Virus record (IMG/VR): IMGVR_UViG_3300006903_000012
Strand: one strand, 5' to 3'
Origin: a virus
Length of the DNA stretch: 64,000 bases
Positions 8,089 through 16,449 of the stretch are shown here, one piece after another. The notes below the pieces were generated by a model. It saw only the letters and a list, made by a program, of their open reading frames with translations. It ran no database searches and had not been told where the DNA came from. A program made the position numbers and the translations under genes. Position 1 is the stretch's first letter, and each line of letters starts with the position of its first letter.

Positions 8089-10835
8089 TGATTAATAACC
8101 AAGTCAGCTACAAGTAACGGAGCCTTAAAACTATCTGTCCGAATAGTTGTACTTCTAACTTCTACTTTACCATTAATAATCGGTACAATCTCATGCTCAT
8201 CATTGTATCCAAAATTATTAATTTTATAAGAATATAAAATAGATTCTCTAGGGACATTAACTATAAACATTAACTTTCCTTCAGAAAAATCATGTGCTAC
8301 CTCATAAGTATCTGACCAATGACCGACAGTATCTACATCAGCTAATTTTATACTTCCATTAGCAATTCTTGTAATTAATTCATCAGGAACATCTAAACCT
8401 CTATGAAGCACAACAGAGTTCTCTGGTAATGTCAGTTGTGCTGCAGCCCACATCATATCGAGACCTGGATCATTTTTTCCGGCTGTCCAAGATTTTACTC
8501 TAGATGCTAGCTCGTCGGCACTCCCCTTTTTACCATCATAAAATCTTTCTATACTGACAAATGCAGATAGTACTGATCTATTATAGGGAGTGTTTAAAAT
8601 ACGATCTTTATCTGAAAAAGTAATTCCCAAATCCTCAAACCTTTTTCTGTCATCATATACATAGTTACCCACTTTATATCCCTGCCCCACAGTATTTCTT
8701 ACTGCTTTAACTCCGCCAGCCTTTTTCACAATACCAATCATTTTTCTGGCACGTTCCAACGATTTGTTTTTAGCAATTCCACTTGGTCGCCCATGTGTTA
8801 ACTGATTGTGTCTACCGGGTAAATGCTTCTTAATCTCTTCTCGCAACTTCTCTTTAGCAAGATAATGCTTAACGACTTCATCAAGTCTAGAATCTTGCTC
8901 CAATATCTGATCTGTAGTAAAAGATTCTAACTTGCCATATCCATCATCTAATAATAGCTTTCCCTTATAACCAGCAGACTGTAAACTGGTAGCTAAACTT
9001 AAGACATCGCCTTTAGGCGGCAAATCAGATCGAATATCAAAAAGAGACATTCCGGGCTTAAATTTCTCAGTTGAATAAATATAAATACCAGCAGATGATA
9101 ATGCTATCCGCATGGCTATCATTCGACTACTGTCAGTCTGCCGCAACAAGTTTTTAGCCAGAACAATATGCTCAACTGAAGACCTGCCGGACGGAGCAAA
9201 GACCAACCGATCTTCAGTTGGCAAGTATAAACCGACGACACTGGACGAGTCGTCTTCTTCAGAATTCTCAACCTCTGACAGAACTTTATATGCCTTTGCT
9301 AATTCGTTTTTATTGGACGCTACAATATCATCCCCAGCATGAGATTGTTGATCGTGTAACCCTGCTAAATGTTTTATTTCCTGCACTTCACGGTACACTC
9401 GATCACCCGCATCAATTTGATTACGCAGTTTCGCAATTGTGAAAGCATCACGCGATTGGAGAGCCATCTTTAGTTTATCTTCCAATGAGCGTCGGCGAGA
9501 TATCCAAGCCTTATGAGCACCAGAAGATGTGCCATATTTTTCAATTAGAGATTTTTCTCCAATTGTCGTAGAATAATCGTCTTCTTCATTATTAATATCT
9601 TGAATATATACCTTCATTGATTTTGGTAAACCAAAATACTCAAGACCAGATAAAGCCGATTTTAAATTACGATACGCATCATCACTTCTAGTACTACCTA
9701 AATGATCTGAGAGCGAACTGACTACCAACTTTTCATCTGAACCTTTTACAAGCCTAAGACGAACAGATTTATCGAACTCATCAGAAGAGAGACCAATATC
9801 TGCAGCAAGATCGGCATGCATTGAAATTTTATTTTTAGTTCCTTGTATTGCTGGTTTTGCATACCATTTCTTACCAACTTTCAGTAACAATAAGTTTGAT
9901 CTCCAGAAACTATCATTTTGATAACTATCTTTCAACAAATTAGAGTAATAAATTGTCCCATCTTTAGATTTATGTTTCTCAGCCAATGATGTAGCAATAC
10001 TACTACCATCATTACCACCATGAGTTTTCTGATTATGTTTCCCCGGTTGATGCTTCTCAAACACTATCGGATTCTCATTCTCATCAAATCCCAGCGCGAT
10101 TCTAATTTGCTCAGCTAATTCGGCGGCAGCATCTTTCTTTTTCTTATCTTGGTCGGCACTGATTATTTCGACAGGGCTAATAGGTTGGGGATATTCAGCA
10201 GCAAAATCGGGCAGATACTTGATACTCAATATCGCATCTTGTAATCTTTTGACTGCCAAAGATTTGACCGTCGTCGTAACGACTCGGCCTGAATGCAAAT
10301 CAATTTTAACAGGAGTCTCGGCAGGTATTCCAATTTGATAAAGTTTATCTAGCGCCCAATAAACTTTCTTAACTCTCGGCTCATCATCAGCTGGACCAAC
10401 TATTCCTGTGCCTGAGCGATCTATAGTTATTTGACCTTTCTGATATCTAAACCGAATGCTTGTATCAAACAAATGCCTAATATCCGCATTAGCAGTTATA
10501 TCAGCGTGAACAGCATCAGAATCCAGTGTTGCATAAACATTGCCGTTAGGAGTAACAATAGCTGTTACCTTTTCGTTGTCTATTTCATCATCTTGAAGAT
10601 CTTTTGTAAAATCTGACCAATCATCTACTCGATAGATATTAAATCGTTTAGATCTACCATATTTAGTTGCATCATAAATAAGTTCATTAGAACTCGAAAT
10701 AATATCTTTGCTACTTCCACCCACTTCACCCTTACGACCACTATGTCCAAAGTTTCCAGAACCGACGCCACCTTTAACAACAAGATGCCCAACATCTTGG
10801 ATAATCATTTGTAATCTTTGTCTAGTGTCAAGCAT
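8085..10835 (-). CDS. polyvalent virion protein: three repeated modules, three His-rich linkers, C-terminal ADP-ribosyltransferase-like domain
   Basis: Long ORF. I prefer the ATG at 10835 (MLDTRQ..., AGGAG upstream) to the track start at 10898, which would overlap the upstream gene. Confidence 0.75.
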   Translation of the reverse strand: MLDTRQRLQMIIQDVGHLVVKGGVGSGNFGHSGRKGEVGGSSKDIISSSNELIYDATKYGRSKRFNIYRVDDWSDFTKDLQDDEIDNEKVTAIVTPNGNVYATLDSDAVHADITANADIRHLFDTSIRFRYQKGQITIDRSGTGIVGPADDEPRVKKVYWALDKLYQIGIPAETPVKIDLHSGRVVTTTVKSLAVKRLQDAILSIKYLPDFAAEYPQPISPVEIISADQDKKKKDAAAELAEQIRIALGFDENENPIVFEKHQPGKHNQKTHGGNDGSSIATSLAEKHKSKDGTIYYSNLLKDSYQNDSFWRSNLLLLKVGKKWYAKPAIQGTKNKISMHADLAADIGLSSDEFDKSVRLRLVKGSDEKLVVSSLSDHLGSTRSDDAYRNLKSALSGLEYFGLPKSMKVYIQDINNEEDDYSTTIGEKSLIEKYGTSSGAHKAWISRRRSLEDKLKMALQSRDAFTIAKLRNQIDAGDRVYREVQEIKHLAGLHDQQSHAGDDIVASNKNELAKAYKVLSEVENSEEDDSSSVVGLYLPTEDRLVFAPSGRSSVEHIVLAKNLLRQTDSSRMIAMRIALSSAGIYIYSTEKFKPGMSLFDIRSDLPPKGDVLSLATSLQSAGYKGKLLLDDGYGKLESFTTDQILEQDSRLDEVVKHYLAKEKLREEIKKHLPGRHNQLTHGRPSGIAKNKSLERARKMIGIVKKAGGVKAVRNTVGQGYKVGNYVYDDRKRFEDLGITFSDKDRILNTPYNRSVLSAFVSIERFYDGKKGSADELASRVKSWTAGKNDPGLDMMWAAAQLTLPENSVVLHRGLDVPDELITRIANGSIKLADVDTVGHWSDTYEVAHDFSEGKLMFIVNVPRESILYSYKINNFGYNDEHEIVPIINGKVEVRSTTIRTDSFKAPLLVADLVINQ
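8088..8560 (-). other. ADP-ribosyltransferase (R-S-E type) domain
   Basis: VVLHRG (Arg), then GHWSDT (S-x-S/T) about 30 aa later, then NDEHEIVPI (E-x-E) about 37 aa after that. Order and spacing are typical of R-S-E ARTs. Confidence 0.55.
8787..8828 (-). repeat. His-rich linker motif copy (KHLPGRHNQLTHGR)
   Basis: Direct translation. Confidence 0.9.
9333..9374 (-). repeat. His-rich linker motif copy (KHLAGLHDQQSHAG)
   Basis: Direct translation. Confidence 0.9.
9548..9960 (-). other. repeated ~130-aa module (best-matching copy)
   Basis: ...KKWYAKPA...MHADLAADIG...VRLRLV...AYRNLKSALSGLEYFGLP...TTIGEKSL is the closest match to 2100-2540. Nucleotide similarity is visible at 9640-9680 versus 2200-2240. 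Confidence 0.6.
10014..10055 (-). repeat. His-rich linker motif copy (KHQPGKHNQKTHGG)
   Basis: Direct translation. Confidence 0.9.
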
Positions 10836-10845
10836 CTTGAAACTC

Positions 10846-11055
10846 CTAATCGTGCACTGCACTTTCCAAAAGAATATCCGAACCGGACTCAGTAACATTA
10901 AGTGACGAAAAAGACTTGACCGGATTAGTTAACCCATTACCATCACCAATCCACACTACAAATGGCTCGCCCGTTTCAGAATTAACTTCAGGCAGATCTT
11001 TTACTAACTCTTTCAGTCTTGCAACTGTTAATGGACTATCAAAATTTAAGATCAT
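10846..11055 (-). CDS. hypothetical protein
   Basis: 69-aa ORF with a 4-nt overlap with the upstream gene. Confidence 0.5.
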   Translation of the reverse strand: MILNFDSPLTVARLKELVKDLPEVNSETGEPFVVWIGDGNGLTNPVKSFSSLNVTESGSDILLESAVHD

Positions 11056-11513
11056 TCTGTATGTGCCCGCTTTCTAAAATAAAAGACTGTTCCAGTTGTA
11101 GTCTCTTCTTGTACCAACTCGCATTCATCCGGCTGCAAATCGGTTTTCTTCATAAATGCCGCTGCCATCATTTCAAGATGCGCATACTTTAAAAACATCA
11201 GACTATCCCAATGTTTTTGTAAGGGGCTGAGTCCCAAAGTTTGCCGATCAAGATTATCTATAAGTCCTTCACCAACTTCATCTAGTACGCTTGGAAGATT
11301 ATTTGACACAATATCAAATGGAATATCCAAAACTATTCTCTCAGGTATTTTAGCTGTTTGAATTAGCTCCGAAAGATCACCAGCTTTACCCGGGTCGGCC
11401 TTCAAACCAAAATAACAATTTATTAGATCTTCATTAAGCTTAGTTGTTCGCTCAATAAGATCATCTACAACTCTATTGGCTTCTAAACGAATATCATCAT
11501 TTGATTTCGACAC
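11052..11513 (-). CDS. hypothetical protein
   Basis: 153-aa ORF with operon-like packing. Confidence 0.6.
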   Translation of the reverse strand: MSKSNDDIRLEANRVVDDLIERTTKLNEDLINCYFGLKADPGKAGDLSELIQTAKIPERIVLDIPFDIVSNNLPSVLDEVGEGLIDNLDRQTLGLSPLQKHWDSLMFLKYAHLEMMAAAFMKKTDLQPDECELVQEETTTGTVFYFRKRAHTE

Positions 11514-11886
11514 TGTCTATCACTCCCAATAGCAAAAGAATATTACTAATGCTAGATCGAAGACGCGACGCTTGAGTCGCAAACGCTTGATATTCTAATT
11601 CCATTTGCTGATCCGAGACTTGCGGAACTTTCTCGGCCGCTACTTTCAAAATATAATTCAGCATCTTCAAAAGCATTACATCTTCACTGTTCGTTCGACC
11701 GTACAACAAATTGACTAATGTTTGTCGAATTCTAAAATCGAAATGTGGCGAAGCAAATGTTGCTACAAAAGTCTTCCAATTTTCTGTCTCAATTATATGC
11801 GATTGAAATGTAATTAAATCATCATTATTCCAACTAACAATAATATTTTCAGAGTCTTGAGCTTTAACGATTTGGAAGTCTTTCAT
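11497..11886 (-). CDS. hypothetical protein
   Basis: 129-aa ORF with overlapping junctions on both sides. Confidence 0.55.
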   Translation of the reverse strand: MKDFQIVKAQDSENIIVSWNNDDLITFQSHIIETENWKTFVATFASPHFDFRIRQTLVNLLYGRTNSEDVMLLKMLNYILKVAAEKVPQVSDQQMELEYQAFATQASRLRSSISNILLLLGVIDSVEIK

Positions 11887-12137
11887 TCACTACCACCTTC
11901 TTGCTCAATAACTGCATCGGCATTCCCATAAGAATTAAACCATACTTCACGACTATCAGAAAGTTGTGATTGATACCAGCCGTTCCATCCGGGCCATCTA
12001 ATTTTCTCATAATCTTTAATGATTGAAACCATAGTTTGCAACTGATAAGACTGTATCGTTTCCAACGGCGGATCAAGATCAATAATCTTCTCAACCAGAT
12101 CTAAAACCATCCCATAATCAGCATCAGTTTTAATCAT
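11883..12137 (-). CDS. hypothetical protein
   Basis: 84-aa ORF with an ATGA overlap with the next gene. Preferred over the nested 11864-12094 frame. Confidence 0.55.
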   Translation of the reverse strand: MIKTDADYGMVLDLVEKIIDLDPPLETIQSYQLQTMVSIIKDYEKIRWPGWNGWYQSQLSDSREVWFNSYGNADAVIEQEGGSE

Positions 12138-12138
12138 A

Positions 12139-12441
12139 TTATTTATTGTCTTTCTTTTCTTCTTCTACTTGTGCAGCATACAGCGTCGGATTCCATTCAT
12201 GATCGCTCATCTGGTGCATGAGCCGATCCTGGGCAGCCTCTGTTTCAACACGAGCAATAGCCAAGATCTCAGCACAGACAGCCACCATCAATTTACCATT
12301 CGGTGTGGACGGATCAAATGTTTTAGTTTCAGCACGAGTTTCGTAACCAAAAGATGGTGCGAGCCGTTCATAGGTTTCGTGAAAAAGAATAGCGAGTTTC
12401 AAAGCCGCATCATCTACCAACTCAGAGAATGGGTTAGTCAT
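12139..12441 (-). CDS. hypothetical protein (FHETYERLAPSFGYETR motif)
   Basis: Start trimmed to the ATG at 12439-12441 (MTNPFSEL...), which overlaps the upstream stop by 8 nt instead of 86 nt. Confidence 0.55.
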   Translation of the reverse strand: MTNPFSELVDDAALKLAILFHETYERLAPSFGYETRAETKTFDPSTPNGKLMVAVCAEILAIARVETEAAQDRLMHQMSDHEWNPTLYAAQVEEEKKDNK

Positions 12442-13045
12442 AAGTGTTATCTTTCTTCTTATTCGTCTCATCAAGTAATTCACTTGCGTCCGAAAGTTTT
12501 GCTTTAATAAAACTTTCATACCTAACTGCAGATTCTTTATCTAATCTAAGAAATTCTATATCCTTCTCACTTAACCTTAATGGCTCAAAAACCGTTTTAT
12601 CTTGACTCTTGTCTTCTTTAGCCCAATCCACACCAAAAACAAGTGGTGATGGATTACTCAAAGTTTTCTCGAAAGCAACTTTGCACATATCTTGAAAAGC
12701 AATGTCTAATACCTTTATACACTGAAACATCGTTTCTTCAAATGACCAATGCCCAGACAAAAATATTCTATAACAATTGCGAATAACTGAGTTACTCTGA
12801 GATAGAACTCTTAAATAAAGATGATACTGTTGATAATCTTTTCGAAGACCTTTGTAAAGATTTGTCTTTTCGAACTCTCTTCGCTGACGATCTAAGGTTC
12901 TCCATTCTTTAATCAGTTCTGCGATTCGATTATCGTCCGGCACGTTATCGTAAAAGAACAAAACTTGTCTGATCTTATCAATCCTATGCTCAATGGCAGT
13001 TAACTGATAAGCAATATCTAAAGTAGTTACAGGTTCATTATTCAT
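12434..13045 (-). CDS. hypothetical protein
   Basis: 203-aa ORF. Confidence 0.6.
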   Translation of the reverse strand: MNNEPVTTLDIAYQLTAIEHRIDKIRQVLFFYDNVPDDNRIAELIKEWRTLDRQRREFEKTNLYKGLRKDYQQYHLYLRVLSQSNSVIRNCYRIFLSGHWSFEETMFQCIKVLDIAFQDMCKVAFEKTLSNPSPLVFGVDWAKEDKSQDKTVFEPLRLSEKDIEFLRLDKESAVRYESFIKAKLSDASELLDETNKKKDNTYD

Positions 13046-13144
13046 TTCTTTTCCTCACAAACCACTCAACCATCAAGTCACTTATATATCTGATTGCAGC
13101 AGATACGATTCCAGACAACGTCACGAATTGAATAGTAATCAGAT

Positions 13145-13381
13145 TTACTCGCCATATTTCTCAAATAAACATTGTCGAATATAAACTACAGCATCTAGTA
13201 GTTCTTGGTAAAGATCAATTAGCGGATCGCGACCGTTATTTGCGTAATGCTCAGTCCCATACTTCTTTGCACCAAACTGCTTCCGCTTCGACATATCTTC
13301 TAAAACTAACGACCAAAGTTCAACTTTGTGCGCCTGTGATGGATCAACTGGATCTGGTTGTGGTAAAACAAATCTAGACAT
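13145..13381 (-). CDS. small protein, possibly nucleotide pyrophosphohydrolase-like
   Basis: GAKKYGTEHYANNGRDPLIDLYQELLDAVVYIRQ loosely resembles small phage MazG/dNTP-diphosphohydrolase N-domains. Confidence 0.4.
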   Translation of the reverse strand: MSRFVLPQPDPVDPSQAHKVELWSLVLEDMSKRKQFGAKKYGTEHYANNGRDPLIDLYQELLDAVVYIRQCLFEKYGE

Positions 13382-13383
13382 GA

Positions 13384-13971
13384 TTATTTTCTTTCATTAG
13401 ACTGACGCAATTTCTCAATTTCTTTTTCTAATTCAGAATTGCGACTAACCATCACCTTCAATTGCTGATCGGTCTGCGCATTCTTCTCAGTTAATTGCTG
13501 AATCAATCGTTCATTCTGATCGTTCTTTATACTCAAATCTGCGATCACTAACGCGTTGCGGTGATTACCATCTTCACGTGCCACTTGTTCTTGTTGCAAT
13601 TTGAGTTCTAGATTAGCGACTTTCTCTTCATACTCAGCTCGTAACCCTTCAATCTTCTTACTGTGATCCATTTTGATTGAAGTTACGTCTTTAGCATGTT
13701 GGGAAATTAGCATATCCATTTGAGCCATGCAACCAATTGTTTGCTCGCGATATCGACTCACTTCGATGCGAAGATTTGCTACTAACTCATTTGATGCCTC
13801 AACATTCTTATTCGCTGCGTCAACGTTCTTAGCAGCTGCAGTTAATTCAGCACTAACAGGAATTTGATCGATTTGTTTCTGTAGTTTTCGGGCTCGTAAA
13901 TAAGCTGCCCATAAACCAATAGTAACAGTTGCCAGTGTAATCACATCCCCTAAGCTAAAGCTAAGAGTCAT
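13384..13971 (-). CDS. membrane-anchored coiled-coil protein
   Basis: N-terminal hydrophobic helix followed by heptad-rich sequence. Start set to the ATG at 13971 (ATGA overlap). Confidence 0.55.
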   Translation of the reverse strand: MTLSFSLGDVITLATVTIGLWAAYLRARKLQKQIDQIPVSAELTAAAKNVDAANKNVEASNELVANLRIEVSRYREQTIGCMAQMDMLISQHAKDVTSIKMDHSKKIEGLRAEYEEKVANLELKLQQEQVAREDGNHRNALVIADLSIKNDQNERLIQQLTEKNAQTDQQLKVMVSRNSELEKEIEKLRQSNERK

Positions 13972-14240
13972 CTCGTTCGCCTCCGCCACCATAACTGAAA
14001 CAGAATTGAGATGACTTCGATCACTAGAATAGAGACAATCGCTGACCTGACTAAATCCGTTCGATCAATTAGTGGTGGATTGAAGAGAAAGATCCACGTA
14101 TATACAGCACATAAGAATAGACGCACGAGTGCCGATAAGACATCAAACAGATCACGCCCTAGATATTGGAACTTTAGAAACCACAACACGCAAGAAACTG
14201 CTGCTAAGACCATAGGAGTCCATGAAGGAATAACGCCCAT
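13968..14240 (-). CDS. small membrane protein
   Basis: 90 aa with about 3 hydrophobic helices. Confidence 0.5.
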   Translation of the reverse strand: MGVIPSWTPMVLAAVSCVLWFLKFQYLGRDLFDVLSALVRLFLCAVYTWIFLFNPPLIDRTDLVRSAIVSILVIEVISILFQLWWRRRTR

Positions 14241-14241
14241 C

Positions 14242-14811
14242 TTAATCGGGCATCAATTCTGAAAGTGGATAAGTTTGAATCTTGCCATCACTCATCTGCA
14301 CAAAAGCTAGCTCTTCATCACTTTGTAAAGTCGATTTAGCTACTATCGGATCAACATCACTAAGAAATACACATGACTTTTTCTCACCTGGAATTGAAAC
14401 TTTATCGCCGCCCTTTAGTTTCTTCTTAGGAATAGTCGGCTCTTCCTCACCTGTCTCAGCTTTGGGATCCGTCAGCTCATCAATACCTTCGCGCATCTCA
14501 GTATCATTGACTTCAGAAGCATCAGTTTCTTTAAGTTCATCGTGCGAATGACCGGTCAATAGCTCATGCTTCTCTTGAATAGCTTTTTGAATAGCTTCAG
14601 CTGTCGCCACCATTGTCTTTTGATCCATTTGCACAACTTGTCGAGCCATTCCAGATGTCTGAGTTTGGTTCTGCTTATCATCAGGCAGTTGAGATGCTTT
14701 TTCAGCTAGCGTTCGCTTATCACTCTTCACTTCAGTCTTTTCAATGGGATCCTGAATCGTCACCGTCCCCAACCCAGGCACAAAACTTGTTTTACTCATT
14801 ACCGTCTCCAA
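14242..14811 (-). CDS. acidic hypothetical protein
   Basis: 189-aa ORF rich in D/E. Confidence 0.55.
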   Translation of the reverse strand: METVMSKTSFVPGLGTVTIQDPIEKTEVKSDKRTLAEKASQLPDDKQNQTQTSGMARQVVQMDQKTMVATAEAIQKAIQEKHELLTGHSHDELKETDASEVNDTEMREGIDELTDPKAETGEEEPTIPKKKLKGGDKVSIPGEKKSCVFLSDVDPIVAKSTLQSDEELAFVQMSDGKIQTYPLSELMPD

Positions 14812-15082
14812 CTAAAATTTGTTCCTGCATTCCGCTCTGCAATTCAAATTTAGCTTTTTCTAAAGCATCAATTACAACCTGCACAGATTCTGGATTTGAA
14901 AATTCAAAACACACATTCGGCTCGATCTCATTCAAATCTTTACCGACTACACTCGAATCTTGCTCACCAACATCATGCGATTCCTTTACAATCTGAAAAG
15001 CTATTCCAGTTTTCTTACTCGAAGCACCAAACATTTTGTAGTTCATAACACCAATCTTACCATTACCAAATTCTAGAATCAT
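14792..15082 (-). CDS. hypothetical protein
   Basis: 96-aa ORF with AAGGAG 7 nt upstream of the ATG. Confidence 0.55.
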   Translation of the reverse strand: MILEFGNGKIGVMNYKMFGASSKKTGIAFQIVKESHDVGEQDSSVVGKDLNEIEPNVCFEFSNPESVQVVIDALEKAKFELQSGMQEQILVGDGNE

Positions 15083-15294
15083 TCTAAGTCTCCTTTTACC
15101 TGCTTACACGTACAGGTCGCCGCTTGCTCATTTGAAATAAAGGAGTTCCACCTCCGGCGATGCGACTAGTTAGTAATTTAAATATGCAGACAGGCCTTGA
15201 GTACCTGCTACGAACGCCAAGCGGCATCTGTTATTGCCGCAGTTAAATCCGCATTATCTGGGCTGCGTGTCCTTCCACGCCGCTGCATATCTAA
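15083..15294 (-). ncRNA. candidate structured RNA (unclassified)
   Basis: ORF-free and visibly more G+C-rich. An 8-bp closing helix AUAUGCAG/CUGCAUAU (15181-15188 with 15283-15290) encloses three hairpins (GCGUG/CACGC, GCGGCA/UGCCGC, CAGG/CCUG). Further helices follow at 15090-15170. Confidence 0.3.
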
Positions 15295-15371
15295 TTAGAT
15301 AATATTTACAATTTCCAGTAGACCAAAAATAATTACAACTCCAACAAGTGAAACAACTGCATAAGTTATAA

Positions 15372-15563
15372 TCATTTCAAAGCATCCAACATTTTCTGCT
15401 GAATCTCTGATTTAGCTTGCTCAAGAGCTGCATCATATTCTTTATCTTGCGGAATAGTAATGACTGAACTAACACCTTTGAGCATCGAGATAGCGTCATA
15501 AATTCTTTGTGTAGTTTCTGGATCGGCAATAGCCTCTTCAGATAAAGTTACAAGAATTTTCAT
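15372..15563 (-). CDS. hypothetical protein
   Basis: 63-aa ORF. Confidence 0.5.
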   Translation of the reverse strand: MKILVTLSEEAIADPETTQRIYDAISMLKGVSSVITIPQDKEYDAALEQAKSEIQQKMLDALK

Positions 15564-15757
15564 CTATTCTTTCTCCGATGTCGTTCTTCATAAACTGCAA
15601 CGCCAATAACAATTACACCAAATAGAATCACACCCAAGATACCAACAATCAAAGCAATTTGCACGATTTGTTCCATAGCTATTCTTTCGAATCTTCTGAT
15701 TTTCCAGAGTCAACTGCTGATTCTGTCTCTTGCACCTTTTGCAGCTCTTTAATGAGT

Positions 15758-15976
15758 TTACTTATTTCCATATTTATATTTCTCAAGTCCTAAACGTTCT
15801 ACAATATTATTTGCCCACTTTAATTGAGATGCAGTCGGCGGTGAATTATCCCAATGAATCAAATTATTAGCTAAAAGAATAAATGAAAAATCACTCATTT
15901 GTCCAGATTGGACTTTGTCTAATGCTGAGTCTAACATACTAATAATTTGACTATCACTGAACTTTCTTTTAGACAC
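15758..15976 (-). CDS. hypothetical protein
   Basis: 72-aa ORF. Confidence 0.5.
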   Translation of the reverse strand: MSKRKFSDSQIISMLDSALDKVQSGQMSDFSFILLANNLIHWDNSPPTASQLKWANNIVERLGLEKYKYGNK

Positions 15977-15979
15977 TCC

Positions 15980-16279
15980 TCAAGAGCGAACACCTTCAAT
16001 TGCCTTTTGAATCTCGCGGCTCATATCTGAGATACCCCAACCCGCAATATAGGCCATCGCCCATGACTCTGTACCAACTAAATTCTGAGCAACGAAAGGC
16101 ATAATAAATAGATTGATAATGACAGACGCTACAGGACCGACAATATAATACCAATTCCAAGACGGCACATAATTATGATCTCGCAATTGCTCAACCACTA
16201 ATTGCAAATACGGCAGCAGCGTTCGACACACAATCCCCAGTGCGCAAAATACATAAACCCACAGCAAAGTGTTACTCAT
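15980..16279 (-). CDS. membrane protein (holin-like candidate)
   Basis: 99 aa with about 3 predicted TM helices. Confidence 0.45.
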   Translation of the reverse strand: MSNTLLWVYVFCALGIVCRTLLPYLQLVVEQLRDHNYVPSWNWYYIVGPVASVIINLFIMPFVAQNLVGTESWAMAYIAGWGISDMSREIQKAIEGVRS

Positions 16280-16449
16280 TTCGTCTCCTTAGACTTTAGA
16301 ATTTCGCGAATGTCAATCAATAAATATGCAATCTCAACTAATAACTTAATAGCATGCCAATAAAAACCAGAGTAACTGCTACCGAGTACTACTGATTTGA
16401 TCTCTTGAATATAACTGTCTCTGCTTCTAACTTCTGCTAGAGTAGACAT

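Noticed and set aside
15083-15294. A second group I intron, or a preQ1 or c-di-GMP riboswitch, in the structured gap.
   Set aside because: I could not find R/S-like elements or a P7 pairing. I found no flanking split ORF whose frame would be restored, and no match to the riboswitch consensus sequences I remember. It is kept only as an unclassified structured RNA candidate.
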